This document shows positions 1 through 12,919 of a DNA stretch of 20,000 bases, piece after piece. This stretch comes from Catajapyx aquilonaris. Lineage: Eukaryota. Both the position numbers and the translations under genes were made by a program. Positions within the stretch are counted from its first letter, which is position 1. Each line of letters starts with the position of its first letter. The stretch spans positions 44,271-64,270 of the forward strand of contig KZ538521.1 in NCBI GenBank assembly GCA_000934665.2, read 5' to 3'. Below the pieces are notes generated by a model that worked only from the letters and a program-made list of their open reading frames with translations, searched no databases and was not told where the DNA came from.

Positions 1-243
1 TTCGGTTTATTTGTAGACAACTTGTTGGAGACTCTGTTATCGTCGCCTAGTTTCCTTTTCCATCCATCTCACCTTCCATGTCCCCCACCTTCCCCTGTTT
101 CAGAGATCATAATTGCAAACATTTGTACTAATGTAAATTAATTCATAGGTAACCACAGTATTTGAACCCGATAATACAGTTGTGGGGGTATGCAAATAAA
201 GCAAAAATCACGAGAGAAGGAGAGAAACAAAAGACGAACTACG

Positions 244-883
244 CCCCCCCCCCCCCCCCAGACCCCATTTTTGACCAAAGTGTTCCAGGCTTGTCATTTG
301 AAAACCAAAGGCGTTACGGATATGAACTTTACTGGGTTTTGAAGCTATATTGGTTTCGAGGTATAGGGATGGACCAATAATCACGCGAGGGGGCGGGGGG
401 GGAGAGAAATGACCCCCCCCCCCGCCCCTATCAAGAATATGAGTAATATTTAATTAGAAAACCAAAACAGTGTTGTCGAAATTATCTGGACTGGGTTTTT
501 GAGCTCTAGTTATGTCACTTTGTGGTTTTATTGTATTATAGTAGTGTACGTATTATGTCGTGCCTCTTGGCCGACCCTGGACTAAATAAAAGCATGCAAA
601 CAAACAAAACACTTTGTGGTATACAGATGGCTAAAAATCCGTTACTTTGTCCAACACACGGTACAAGAATCCTATTCTTTAAATCCATGCCGGGGATGAG
701 GGGGGGGGGGGTTGGTTTCTTTTCCCCTCCGCCTCCTCACGTGATTATTGGTCCATTTCTATATCTCATAAAGTGAAATCGATAGCGATTCAAAACCCAG
801 TAAAGTTCATATCCGTAACTATTTTGGTTTTCAAATGAAAAGCCTGGAACATTTTTGTCAAAAATGGGGTCTGGGGGGGGGGG
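244..883. mobile_element. Fold-back / MITE-like element with long inverted arms, interrupted by the assembly gap
   Basis: 260-343 matches the reverse complement of 789-872 at 78/84 nt. Similarity continues (ATGGACCAATAATCACG.GAGG...poly-C) to about 425 versus about 700. A degenerate third copy of the GAAAACCAAA...ACTGGGTTTT motif sits at about 457-503. True ends and TSD are not visible. Confidence 0.7.
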
Positions 884-1161
884 NNNNNNNNNNNNNNNNN
901 NNNNNNNNNNNNNNNNNNNNNNNNNNNNNNNNNNNNNNNNNNNNNNNNNNNNNNNNNNNNNNNNNNNNNNNNNNNNNNNNNNNNNNNNNNNNNNNNNNNN
1001 NNNNNNNNNNNNNNNNNNNNNNNNNNNNNNNNNNNNNNNNNNNNNNNNNNNNNNNNNNNNNNNNNNNNNNNNNNNNNNNNNNNNNNNNNNNNNNNNNNNN
1101 NNNNNNNNNNNNNNNNNNNNNNNNNNNNNNNNNNNNNNNNNNNNNNNNNNNNNNNNNNNNN
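884..1161. other. Assembly gap (278 N) flanked by poly-G
   Basis: Run of N with G11 at 873-883 and G13 at 1162-1174. Confidence 0.99.
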
Positions 1162-4100
1162 GGGGGGGGGGGGGCTTTCCATATATCTGCATATTATACA
1201 GTATGACAATACCAAGAATAATCTCAGTACGTTATTTTTGGACCTGTTTGCAAATTGAGGCTTAATTATATATGTTAAATGCCATGCCAGCTGGGTAAAG
1301 AAATAACTTCGCAGTGACACGCAATAATACAGTACAGAAGAGCTTTCACCATTTTCTCTTCACGCTTGCCTAGGATAATCTACCTGATGGTTTGTGGGCC
1401 TTGATTCGTTGGCTTGTTAAAATTAAACACGGAATCGCCGGTGCCGTATTATCATAGTAAGCCTGCATATGTTTCATCCTCGACTAGAACATAGTTATCG
1501 GGTGTACTGTACAGCGCCAAACCAATTAAGACCCCTAATTTCGAATTGGTAAAAAAAAACCACATTCACGAGCCACTGATTTCAAATCAGATGATCAAGA
1601 TATATGATGTTCCGCAATAATCCAAAAATTATCAAAGGCTTAATCATGATATAAGGTCCCAGAAGCGCAACAGATATGAAAGTCCAGTTTGATAGCAGGA
1701 CTTCCCAAGGTTCTTTCACCCCAGAGTCATCAGCTGAACTTTTTGATGTTGAAAATCCTTCGTTACAGTGCAACTTTACAGTAGACGAGGTCCGCTTTGA
1801 GATGTAATCCGTAGTTCATGCACCAACGACGTCACAATGCAGAAATATGGAAGGCATGACATCACGCGCTCCACCTGGGCCCCTCATTTTTTTCCACCAC
1901 CTCCTCTCCCCTCCCCCTCACAAAAAGAACCCATCTATGGCCTGGGTCGTAAAAACTTATCAACACACTCCAGCTGGCCCTTAGCAAATGATGAACGACT
2001 CCCATAAATAACCCCACGCCTGAATGCTACGACACCCAACTGAACGCATATACTATATTAAAAAATGCTCCCAGGCAATAAAGCTCGTTGAATATTAAAG
2101 AAAGCACAAGTCCGGTTAAAAAGAGCAGCCCTGCAGCTTCGATCCTCTTCACAAATGGCACCATGGGCCCAGTAGAGAAAAGACAGTGTGTATGTCACAC
2201 GAGGCTGGAGTAAAATCCCTGGATGCCCCTAGCCATGCCTGACATTTGCATGAACACAGCAGCTCCCCAAATTAGGCCTGGGGGGAACCTGGCAACAAAG
2301 GTACCTTCCGCCATCCTCAACCAACCCACATTCATCCCTCCCACCCCTTATATGCAGTGGCTCTTCTCTTTCGCTCAGGCACCCGAATTACGCTCCTGGC
2401 TTCTTCCGAATGGGAATTGAGAATTATTTCTTGACTCCCACCCCGACACTCCACCGGTCGGCAATGTCCCGCTGGGGATTCTTTTCGTGGGTTGCGAGGC
2501 TTCCAGAAATGAACTTGGGGAAGATTGTCCTGTTGGGGATTCCCCACACGGTACTAGTCGGAGGAGGTGGGGGGGAAGGTGATAGGTGCGGGCTTATTTT
2601 GGCTCTCTTATCAGTATCGCACTTTCAAAATTGTGCTGGTGTACTTTGTGGGATGGGTTTCTCCGCCAATTTTTTTGTCGTTGCGAAGTTGGCTCGGTGG
2701 GAACTGTGAAGTACGTGTGACATATTGTGAGGGACACAGGTGATCAGTAATCATATGGTCATGGCTGTTTAAACGTACTGATATCACTCTTTGAAGACAA
2801 TGCTACATATATACACGCAACAGGCAAAGTTTAGATTCATTTCATTCACACCTTCTCTCCCCACTGCTAACCGCCTAGATTTATGCTCTCGCTTTGGGCA
2901 CTGGTGACACCTGCTGAGTGCTGATGCCTAACTGCAAACTTTTTTAAAAATGTGGGAGTGTTTCCGACAGACGCGGTGGGCATTGCTGAGGTTTGTGTTC
3001 ATTACAGTTATATGACGAAAACGTTGATATGCACGCAGTTTGCTCTTCCACAAACAATATACCGAGATAAAACGACACAGAATATATTACTAACCTATTC
3101 CCATAGTCGCTTGAGGAAACATGGTGGAATAATGTAGTATTAAAGTTACCTCAGAATGCATAATAAAATATCAGTGGCTGAAAAACATCAATAAATTGTC
3201 ATTTTCATTGTATAAATTAGAAGTGCAAAAAAGAGTCAGTGTATTGATATGATACTCATTGTTATTGTTGTAAATGTTATGCATGAACCTCTTCAGAACT
3301 GCGCAGATTCTAACGAACGATGGGGGACACTGCGAGAAGGAAAGTAGAGGAGTAAATACGATATTGAAAATGACATCTTTACAGTGTGTACGTTGTCCTG
3401 GACGGGTAAACATAGTTTCAATTCAAGGTTGAAACGACGTCGAGCAGAAATGGACATATACTGTAGAATAGACCACTATCAGTTTTACTGTATATCCATA
3501 GCAAGTTCAAAAAAAAGGAATAATTATTCCTTTCTGTCCTGATGGAACTAGTTAGATCATGTAGAGGCGTATGGAATGCTCACGTATTAATCCAGTTAAC
3601 ACAGCTGCTATATCCATTCACCTATTTTACCTAATATACTCATGATTGTCTCAAGAAACCTGAACTAGTAGACTGTTCAATTTGAATTTCCTGGGTGTGT
3701 TAACAGCATGAGATGATTTCCCACACTTCCCACCATTTCCCCTCTCAAAACTACCTCAATGCAAAACACAGGAATTGATTGGGCCATTACTATATTTGTT
3801 TGGCATCTTTTGTAAAATTCAGCAACTACTTTATTCACTATGCTACTCAGAGGGAATAGGAGAGGAGCTATTACATTATTAGCAACTTGAACTGCGCAAG
3901 ACAAGTGTTATTATTAATAAATCAACAGTCAATATCTGCGAAGGGTGTGGTGCTCGTAACGAATTACTTAAAAATTCCTTTCAATGATTTAGCTTGTTCC
4001 ACTTTCACCTGATCACGACTATACGTACAGTATAATTATGAAATCAGAAAATCATTGCTTCAGGACATTAGAAGGCACTTTTTAAGAATAAATGCGATTA

Positions 4101-5440
4101 AATGTTGTCATGTGACACTATGAGAAACAAGTGCGAAATGTCCCGACAGACTTTTTAAAGTGCTGGGGAAGGGGGAAGAAATAATCTCTTTTTCGATATC
4201 AACACAGCGCAAAAGGCAGAAAATGCACCTGTTAGTGACACGATCGTGGCTTTGTCAGCTTCCTCAAATAAATCTATTTGCCTCCAGTCATTCAGATTTT
4301 CAAGAATTGAAACTGATGCAACATAATTAAGCAATCATGTTCATGGTCTGGGTTTAAAGCTGTCATCATAATTATTAAAATTAGCCTGAACATTACATTA
4401 AGGAACATCCTTTTTGCAGTGACACATTCGATTGACAACTTGCCCAAAATGCCAAGCTCTACGATCACAGAGTAAAGATACCGGTACGTTTTAAAAAATC
4501 CAGTGGAATATACACAAAAAATAATGCCGGCATATTACGCAGACTTGATAACATCAGCTACGCCACTTCATAAGGTGAGGCTTTAAAATACCGTTTCGTT
4601 TATACTGTACGTATATACGTAGTAAGTGAAATTTGAGGTTTATCTGCCCAGTGTAATGTAATAATTATAAAGCATTTCAAAAATGCTGGGTAAAGGTAGT
4701 GGTTTTGATGCAGTAGGCGATAACCACCTGTTTTACTGGCAATTCCTGCTAATAATTACTGTATTATTACATAATGAAATAGGATAACGCGTGTTTTTTC
4801 TCCTATCGATTATTATTTTGGAAAACCCGCATATTTTGCTGTTTTCCCTCATTCTCCCACTTTTCCCCTTTGAAATTACGCAAAATTACGCGAACCCGAA
4901 TTTTCCTATAATGGAATCCACAGGAAATAGCTGACTTTAATTTTTGCTGAAATTTTGACATGAATGCAAATGATTTTCCCCAAATATAACCCAATGATAT
5001 GGCCAAATCAATTTAAGATCTGAAATGCAGAGAGATTATAGCCACATTTTGGTCTAAATTGAGTTATAAGTGTTATTTAATAGAATCTTCGACGGACGTC
5101 TAATGGCCAAGACAATTTTCTGATAGAAATATTACAGCACACTATACAAAAGCTTTCGAAAAAATTCACCCAATTAGGAATAACGCAATATTCAAGCCTC
5201 AAACCCTCATAATCATCTCGAAATCATTCAATTGTGACACTTGATTGTTATACATTTCACATCTTCAATATATTGATTTGACCACTTTGTAATTATTCTT
5301 AGTGTAAAAGAAGTAAAATGAATAACTAAATACTAAGGAAAAGGTGTAAGCAATATTTCAAAGGTGTTTTTCTCATATCACTGCTAATGCTCCTCTGGCA
5401 TGCACAATTTATTATTATCCTTAAAGTTTTAGGAGGTTGC

Positions 5441-5541
<101 letters not shown>

Positions 5542-7019
5542 TTTCGCCTATTTTCCCCGCCTAAGATATACCTTGGTGCTTGCAATAAAAGTTCTAGTAC
5601 CGGTATTTTGTAATATAGGAATAGAATAGCTGATGTGATTTTAGTTCATATTTCACATGTTTCTGCTTCGCACGTTTTGATGCCTGAACTGTTATGCGCT
5701 TATGAAGTGGTGATCTGTTGTAGTAGCAACTTACTTTGAACATTCCTCTCTTATGAAGTCGGCTCAGTTTTGAAGCAAATTCTGCTATTATAATAATTGG
5801 TTACCTTAATGTTATTTTCTGACACTGTAATGATGGAAGACAACATAATAATAAGGATAGCTCAGAGCCATGCCTTATTCTTTCCCAGAACTATATGAAA
5901 TCATTAAAGCAGAAGGAAAGAAAACACTGCTCCTTAAGAATTCTGCCGCAGGTACGGGCATTATTATTTTCATATCTCATGGCCGTGTTTTCTTACGACT
6001 GTCTGCATTTAACACAAAATAAATGGAGAGCCAGAAAAATGACATCTTCTATGGGAATATAGGCCAAAGCTTCCTTTTCAAATTAAAATTGCAATGCCCA
6101 CAGGGAATCATATTATTGGAGTTCCAGCAGCATTTTTAAAGGGCGGAAGTACTATTTGCATAACCAACGAAATTTTCGTAAACAAGATAAGGGAAAATGG
6201 AGGAAGTCCGTGCACTTTCTTTGATAAATGAATTTTACCTCGTTCACTGCTGGAAAAGCATTGGTTTGTTATATATATGTTCAGAATATGTCAATGAGGC
6301 ATCTACATTACTGTTTATGGTCTTATTTTTTCATAACATAGTGTACCATTCGAGTATTGTACTTGTGTTAAACAAATGTAAAATTCAGGAGCGAAAAATG
6401 TCGCGGCAGCAACCTGTAACCATAATTATAGTAGACGAAAAAAAATTTGCATGTCTTTATAGAAATGAGTGTTTAAATGGGAAAATTCATGGTGTATAGA
6501 GTTTTCCCACTTCATATAACACCAAAAGTGAAGAAACAATATTACATACGCTCAGAAAAGTGGTCAGAAAAGGCAACATAACAACTAGAAAAATGTTGAC
6601 CACACAGTAGACTTCATTGTGGTTTTACACAGCGATACAAACCGTATTTCAAGTTGAAATCGCGGTGGAGTTGTTGACACTTTCGCAGAAATCTGAAAAC
6701 AGTCTCTGCAGCAGAACTTGGGGACCTGTTTCTGCCACATCCACTTTTCATAGTAATGAGGTAACAACCAAATGCAAATCCAAGTGTCATGTTCCGTCAT
6801 GTCCCCTGAAAATCGCTGAAGGTATCATGTAGAAAATGACGATAGCTCAGATTCAGTTCCACTTTTGACATGCTTTCAGGATATTATTACTCTCAGAGCA
6901 TTAAACTGACTCTTGCCACGTTAAACGCAACCCGGAAATTTCATAATTACATAATCACACTGATCCTGAGCATGTTCGCTTTGCGGCTTCACATTTAAAC
7001 ATAAAGGAAATTCACTTAC

Positions 7020-7207
7020 TTGAACTCATCTTGAAACTCCAGCACTTGATCTCGGACGGCCTGCACAAATTCGTCGTGTCCTGCGATTTGGCTGGTCACT
7101 ATTGAAAACTGATGCCAGGAGTATCGTGCCAGGATGCTCAACATGGCCGCGGTCTGATGCTCAACCGATGGGGCCAGCTGCAGGTGGAGACTGGAGTGCG
7201 AAGTACG
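7020..7207 (-). CDS. Nmdar2: Next internal coding exon of Nmdar2 (amino-terminal domain); frame not listed in the ORF track
   Basis: 188 nt, phase 0 to phase 2: [62 protein letters not shown](K). Matches the recalled Nmdar2 motif [41 protein letters not shown]. Acceptor CATTTCAG| (AG at 7209-7208), branch-like TTAAC at 7236-7232, consensus donor AA|GTAAGT at 7019. The phase agrees with the phase-0 end of the upstream exon. Confidence 0.96.
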
Positions 7208-8385
7208 CTGAAATGATATGTAAACATGTCGGTTAATTGAGGAGCAAGGCTGGCAAGGGAGGAAGGGGACAGCTCGATTATCAAGTGTCGGGGAAAGTCA
7301 GCCGTATCGGGATTTCCCCCAGCCAGACCTGATCTCGTGTCAGGTTTGCACCTCAAGTAGGACTGCTAAACTGCTGTTTGCATGTGCGCACGGGAGTCAA
7401 AAAGTGGGCGTACAGTACGAGTGACACTTGGCTGGAGAGTCCGCTGGGGCATGGGACACTGGTAGTGAGTAGCATTTGGACGCCTGCGGCTTGCCACAAC
7501 AGGAGCGGAAATAAATTAGGACCAAGGTGCCGATGTCATGTAGTTATCAGTAGCTCCGTTTGATGTATATAGCTACTGTGAGTGCTAAATTATAAAAGCA
7601 ATTAAATTCGGGTGAACATCTTTTATTAAATAAATGTACATGCACTAATTGAGAAAGTCCGTGATGTGTACATATTATCGCAGTATGGAGAATTCATTTT
7701 CCGCCCAACACTATTAAGTATTAATTAATTCCTGGGAGGTTGCATATTGGTATGCTTTATTAATAATGGGAAAGCTTATTTATTAATTGCTTACACGAGC
7801 CAATAGCATGGATTCTGCATTGATTAGCAGTGGATAATGTATGTGGATTTTAATAATCCAGTACTTAAAGTCTCCCCCATTCTTTTGTTAGAAAATAACA
7901 TTAATCCCCATCCTTGCCCTACATCCTTAAAGTCCTTGCACGGAGTTCGAAGAAAATAAGAAAAATCGATGCAAATGGTGGTAATCCACCCCCTAAGAGA
8001 GCACTGCTCTATCAAGGGGTAAAAGTTATAAAAAAACATTATTCTTGTGATAAAATAAGTCTGGACACATTTTCATTAAAAGGTTTGTACACTATACTGC
8101 ATTCCGTATACAGTATAGGCTATATCAATCGTCCCTGTATCTTCAGAGTTGCATAGCACGTATAGTATACAAGTTACAGAATCGCGTTTCTATGTGCCGA
8201 CTTATTGGATTAGTGACTCATACTATATTGACACAAAGCATCGAAGGGAATACCCCAGTAGAATCCACAATGATGTCGATTATAACGCAGGGTCGAGTCA
8301 CTTTTGGAAATCGTATGGCCATTGCAAGTTTCCCAGGCTGAACCATTCCTGACTGCTTTTTGGGGGGGTCAAGTATGTTAAGCAC

Positions 8386-8439
8386 ACAAGTGTTCCACAA
8401 CAAACATCGGACAAGTGTTCCACAACAAACATCGGACAA
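8386..8439. repeat. Perfect 25-bp tandem duplication
   Basis: ACAAGTGTTCCACAACAAACATCGG at 8386-8410 and 8411-8435, followed by ACAA. Confidence 0.97.
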
Positions 8440-8531
8440 CTGAAGCCTGAAACTAATACAGTCTACTTGATTCATACTGCATAATGCATTTCGACAGTGT
8501 GCACACTGAAATGCGACAGTGCCAAGTTTAC

Positions 8532-8828
8532 TGCCGGCGCTGGTGGTCTGGTGGTTAGCGCGCTCGCCTCTTGACCCAAACTTGTGGGTTCGGATCGGGC
8601 CGAGGTCGGTGACTTTTCTCCGGGTGGTAAGTTATGGAAAAGTGAGAGTGCGCCTTCCTTCGGCTCCAGGGGAAGTAAAGCCGTCGCGTCGGTCCCGTCT
8701 GCTTGTGACATTGCGCGAGTGCACGTTAATGATCCTCAGAGTGGCCAAATTTCCAGGGGGAGGACCACTCCCTAGCGTCGGTGTTGAGCCTTAGCAGCGG
8801 AAATAGTCCGACGTTAAGCCCCCACTAA
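8532..8828 (+). mobile_element. Full-length tRNA-derived SINE (about 297 bp), probably with a Meta-type central domain
   Basis: A-box TGGTCTGGTGG at 8544-8554 and B-box-like GGTTCGGATCG at 8587-8597. Exact 14-bp TSD AGTGCCAAGTTTAC at 8518-8531 and 8829-8842. The central CCTTCGG...GTAAAGCCGTC..GGTCCCGTCTGC...GCACGTTAATGATCC resembles the MetaSINE/tick Ruka core as recalled. The 3' end reads GACGTTAAGCCCCC. Confidence 0.92.
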
Positions 8829-10029
8829 AGTGCCAAGTTTACAACAAATTCCTCGAACCTATACCACCTTCTAAAAAATTCACATTTTGTAACTCTTCTT
8901 GAAGAGGCTGAGGGAGATGAATTGGATATACCCGCAGTGGTTTTGTGCCCCTCGTATTATTCAGAGAATTGCTTTGAACGGCAGATATTCCTGAAAGTTT
9001 GCTTTCCTTGATCTCCTTCCATTTTGATTGCATTATGTGCCACTGACATCAGGGGTTGTGTACGCCAGTGTGAAGCATTATTGGGTCCCAAAGCCTCACC
9101 ATCAAGCTACTGCAAAGGGAATAAAAAGGGCATGGGAAACGGAGGACGGGAGGTGGTGGTTGCCTGCTTCCAATTCACTGTAGAACCACACCTGCGAGAT
9201 TCTATGAATACACAATAGGGTCAGGCTTCAAGAGAAGTCCCTTGTCAGATACTCCCAGAAACGGGGGGGGGGGGGGATTGAGATTAAACGCTGCCAGACG
9301 ATGCCGGGTTACAAGTAAACAACGTTGATTCTTGCGCTTTAAATCCAAGAAAGGACCAAAAGTGGCGAAGAAATTTCATCCTGATGAATCCTCTCTGTCC
9401 GAGCTTGAAATTTGACCCCCCTTTTCTATCCCACCCTCTCCCTCACCCCTCCCACACTTCTTCACAAACTCCAGCAATCTTTCCGCTTCTTCAAGCTTTC
9501 GTCTCATCTGATCTCCTCTTTGGGGAGAGAAAAGCACGATTTCCTGCCCCCTCTTTTGCCAGCTAACGGCACTTGAAAGACTTGACTCATCGACTTGTAG
9601 GGAAAACTATACGTAGGATTCTTCCGAGGGTATCGACTTATACTTGATCGCTCAAGGGGAACCTTCCTTCGTTTCATTTCCTCTTCGCAGCTGGCGTGTA
9701 ATGTTTTCTGATTTCGAGCTGGGATTTTTCCTGCCGGTAACCTTCACTTTTTTCTCAGTTATGTTGTCGGTGGTGACGGTGATGGATCTACAACGTTTGG
9801 TCTGACCAAACTATGAGTGTTACTACTCCTTAGCCAGCAGGGCATTGCCTTAATTTGCGGGACGATTATGTAAAATATATTGTGGTCCATTCATTTTGTT
9901 ATATTTATTACTTTATTATACTGTTCCTTTTTTAAAGGCTATATGTCATACTTTCAAATTTTGTTCAACATTTTGAATCTTTGGGACCCTTTTAGGCTTA
10001 CGTCCAAAGCCCTCGGATTTTTGCTGAAG

Positions 10030-10207
10030 CGAAGTTTTTTCTTCCTGTGAAGGGAGCCAAGAGAGGTAGGCGGGGGGACATCCAACGTACCTCCCCTCAC
10101 GGCGGAAGCTAATGGCCCTCATCCCACTATTTACAACGTGACTGGGAATCAAACCGGCCCCAGAGGTGAAGGGTCAGAACGTTAGCCCTTAGACGTCTGC
10201 TAAGCCT
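10030..10207 (-). mobile_element. Decayed tRNA-derived SINE (different family; 3' end uncertain)
   Basis: Minus strand reads GGCTTAGCAGACGTCTAAGGGCTAACGTTCTGACCCTTCACCTCTGGGGCCGGTTTGATTCCCAG, giving a degenerate A box and B box GGTTTGATTCCC at tRNA-like spacing, followed by a GC-rich body. No TSD found. Confidence 0.6.
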
Positions 10208-12638
10208 TACTGAAAAACTGGCTCTGAATGAAACCACCAACTAAGCTTTAACGCTTGTTAAAACGTTACATTCAACAAATAATCTTGTTATAAACTGTTT
10301 CGTACACCAAAAGGACTCAATTAACGCACAAAGTACTTGAACCATGTCCATTCATCCATAGCCATGTCAAAGTAGAACATGTTCCAAAAGTTGAGCCTGA
10401 GCAGGAATGTGGCAAGAGCATGGCAACCGACTCTGTGGATAGCCTGTGGCTAGCCTCTGCCGGGGGCAACTCTTGTGTCGGGCAATCTCCTGCCCTATTT
10501 CTACCCCATCCCACAACCTCGAAATGGTACAGAATCCCCGAATTCACTTTCAGCATCCCATCCTGGTATGAATCTAATTTCTGTGGTTCCCGGGGAAGTT
10601 AAGGTCTCAACTTTCCTAAACATCCCCGGTTGCTGAACACGTCACTTACGCTGTACCTATGATCTCAATCCGTCAGAAGTGTACCATCCATCGTCAACGA
10701 ACCCAGACGTTTGGGGAAGCAATTCGGAACGCGTTATACAATAGGGCTTGCAGAAGCGATAAATCAACGCGATTATTCCAAGTTTGGCGGAAAGCTGAAT
10801 AGTTGTGCTTAAGCTATTCCCTCCCCCCCCTAACCCCCTCCCCCTGATATACCCCCCACCACATAACCCCACAACCTCCTTGTGGCATGGCTGCAAGGGA
10901 GACGATAATTCATTTGGGACCCAACCTCCGTGCTGGGGACAGGGCACAAAGAGTTGGGGAAGGAGAAGTAGGGGTGCGGAAATGGTGATTAATTTAGTGA
11001 GATGAAGGTCGTACTGGATGGGTGCGTCTAGGGACTCAAAATTATGTGGCCACTGCATGCGTGTTAAATCAGTCAACATGGCACGAAACAGGCTTGTTGA
11101 CTGCTTAACGCTATACTGACAAAATTTCTACATTGGCCCGTAGCTAGGGTATGTTCTTCGGGAAATTGAAAGGCAGACGGATTTTTCCACTAGTAAAGGT
11201 ATAGCATTCAACAAGTTGTCTATTTAAAGTTGCGAACATATTGGTTTTTTTCTGTAAATATTATTCGTGATGCTCACATAGGGAAGTCGTGCAGATAATT
11301 CGCAAGTTATTTCAATATGATGCCAAACGGAGAATAAACAATGGGCCCATATTCTGTTGTTCAATTTTCAGTCGATTTTGTATGTCATGCGCCATATAAA
11401 GTGAAGCCCTTCTGCACATTAGTCTCATTCATAACAAATCATTATCCTAATTGCTTGCAATCCCCGTATCGATGCCCAACATCACATAAAAGCTCATAAA
11501 AATTCTGATAATTAATGCGGTTATGACAAGGATGAAAAATTACATCCCGAAGTAGAAGTTGTGGCAAACGTGCCGTAAAAGGAAAAATTATTGCCTATCG
11601 GGAAATGCAAACAAGGTCATAATTTGCCTGCGCAAGTGTAAACAATATGAACAGGGCATATATTATAACATTAAAAAGCGGAGATATATTTTGAAAATCT
11701 CATTTTAATCATGGGGAAAAACACATCCATGGTAAAGTGAAACTTAAAATAGCCTTGTGATATTTCCACTTTCAGTGGTCCCTACTTATCGAAAAATTTA
11801 ATAATGGTAACCTATTCCGATAAACACTTCTTGGAACCTCACATGCAAATAAAACATATTTTGACAAAATTGTTACATAATACAAGTATGCCCACAGTAT
11901 GTCGCATTCAACCGAAGCCCTGCTAATCCTGAAAAACTGACTGGATTGGCCAACAGCAAGCGGAGGCATTACTACCGGTTGCAGAATAAACAGTCTGATT
12001 CCAGCGAGGGAGGTCACTCACCTCCACTAACCTGTAAACTCCCAATTCCCCTTCTCCTCCCCCCCCCCACCCCCAAAGTAAATAAAAAACAACCAACTCA
12101 GCCTTCATTTCACGGCCTGGTTCCCCCTACCGCCATTATGTCATAGCACCACCTCCCATAGCCATTCCTAGCCTCATAATCACAATATATGGTGCTATAT
12201 TTCCTACCCAGTACAGTCATGTAAATCAAGGCCACTTCCACCTACAACACCTACTGTGCTGGAAACTTTTTCATCCTACCTTTCTCAAACAACTGAATCT
12301 CTCAGCTTATTGCATTCGAGTATTGACGCATGCTAATATCGTATAATTATGTTGCATTATTATATCTAAAGTAAGGTATAGGTTTCATGTGAGAGTTGGC
12401 ATATTCTGCTGAATATGATTCATTCTGTGAGTCACTTTTAAAACCCTGATCCATTACAATTTGGAAAGTTAAAAGGGCTTTTATTTCTTGTATTATTATT
12501 TTATTGTTGCAAATGGCAAGTATTTTGTTACAGTCTGTAGGGAGAAAGTGTCACAAAATGACGCTGTAACAGAGGTAATCTGCAGCGTAGCTGAGGGAGC
12601 AGGATAAATACTGCATAATATGTCATCTGCATTTTATA

Positions 12639-12895
12639 CAGGGTGATTCTCTCGAAGAGAAACCCAAACGCATTCCTCAATAACTTTTGAACTATGGTAT
12701 GGTTCCCGATGAAAATTGACATGTAGTTACCTTGTATAATGCCAAACAAGGTCTGACTAAAGAATTTACCAAAAGTGGTCCCCTCCAGCATCCAAAACTT
12801 TTCAAATGCGAGTCTGCATATTGCCGAAGACGCCTTCTGATTTTTTCCCTCCCAATGGTATTGCGCAATGTGGCTGAAACTTGATATGCAGGATC
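12639..12895 (-). mobile_element. 3' end of an IS630/Tc1/mariner-superfamily DNA transposon with a transposase C-terminal remnant
   Basis: Terminus TA|CAGGGTG at 12637-12645. The minus frame at about 12880-12757 reads ...CAIPLGGKKSEGVFGNMQTRI*KVLDAGGDHFW*IL*, resembling the usual C-terminus of these transposases (..R...ci.a.GgHFE.lL*). It ends about 120 bp inside the terminus. Confidence 0.75.
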
Positions 12896-12919
12896 ATGGA
12901 ATATGTCTGTACATCTGTG

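Noticed and set aside
737..1320. ORFs spanning the N run, and the similar peptides at 162-380 and 737-883
   Set aside because: Artefacts of the gap and of the inverted-repeat arms.
2332..2547. ORF containing IILNSHSEEARSVIRV as the next Nmdar2 exon
   Set aside because: Only superficial resemblance to ILN/SEAR; spacing and downstream conserved residues do not match, and no suitable phase-2 acceptor was found.
8386..8439. CRISPR-like repeat
   Set aside because: Two adjacent copies with no spacer, in a eukaryotic intron.
8533..8605. Functional tRNA gene
   Set aside because: No convincing cloverleaf; it continues into a SINE body bounded by a TSD.
10657..11079. 140-aa minus-strand ORF
   Set aside because: No recognisable family; it runs through G-tract low-complexity sequence and would add a stop if spliced in.
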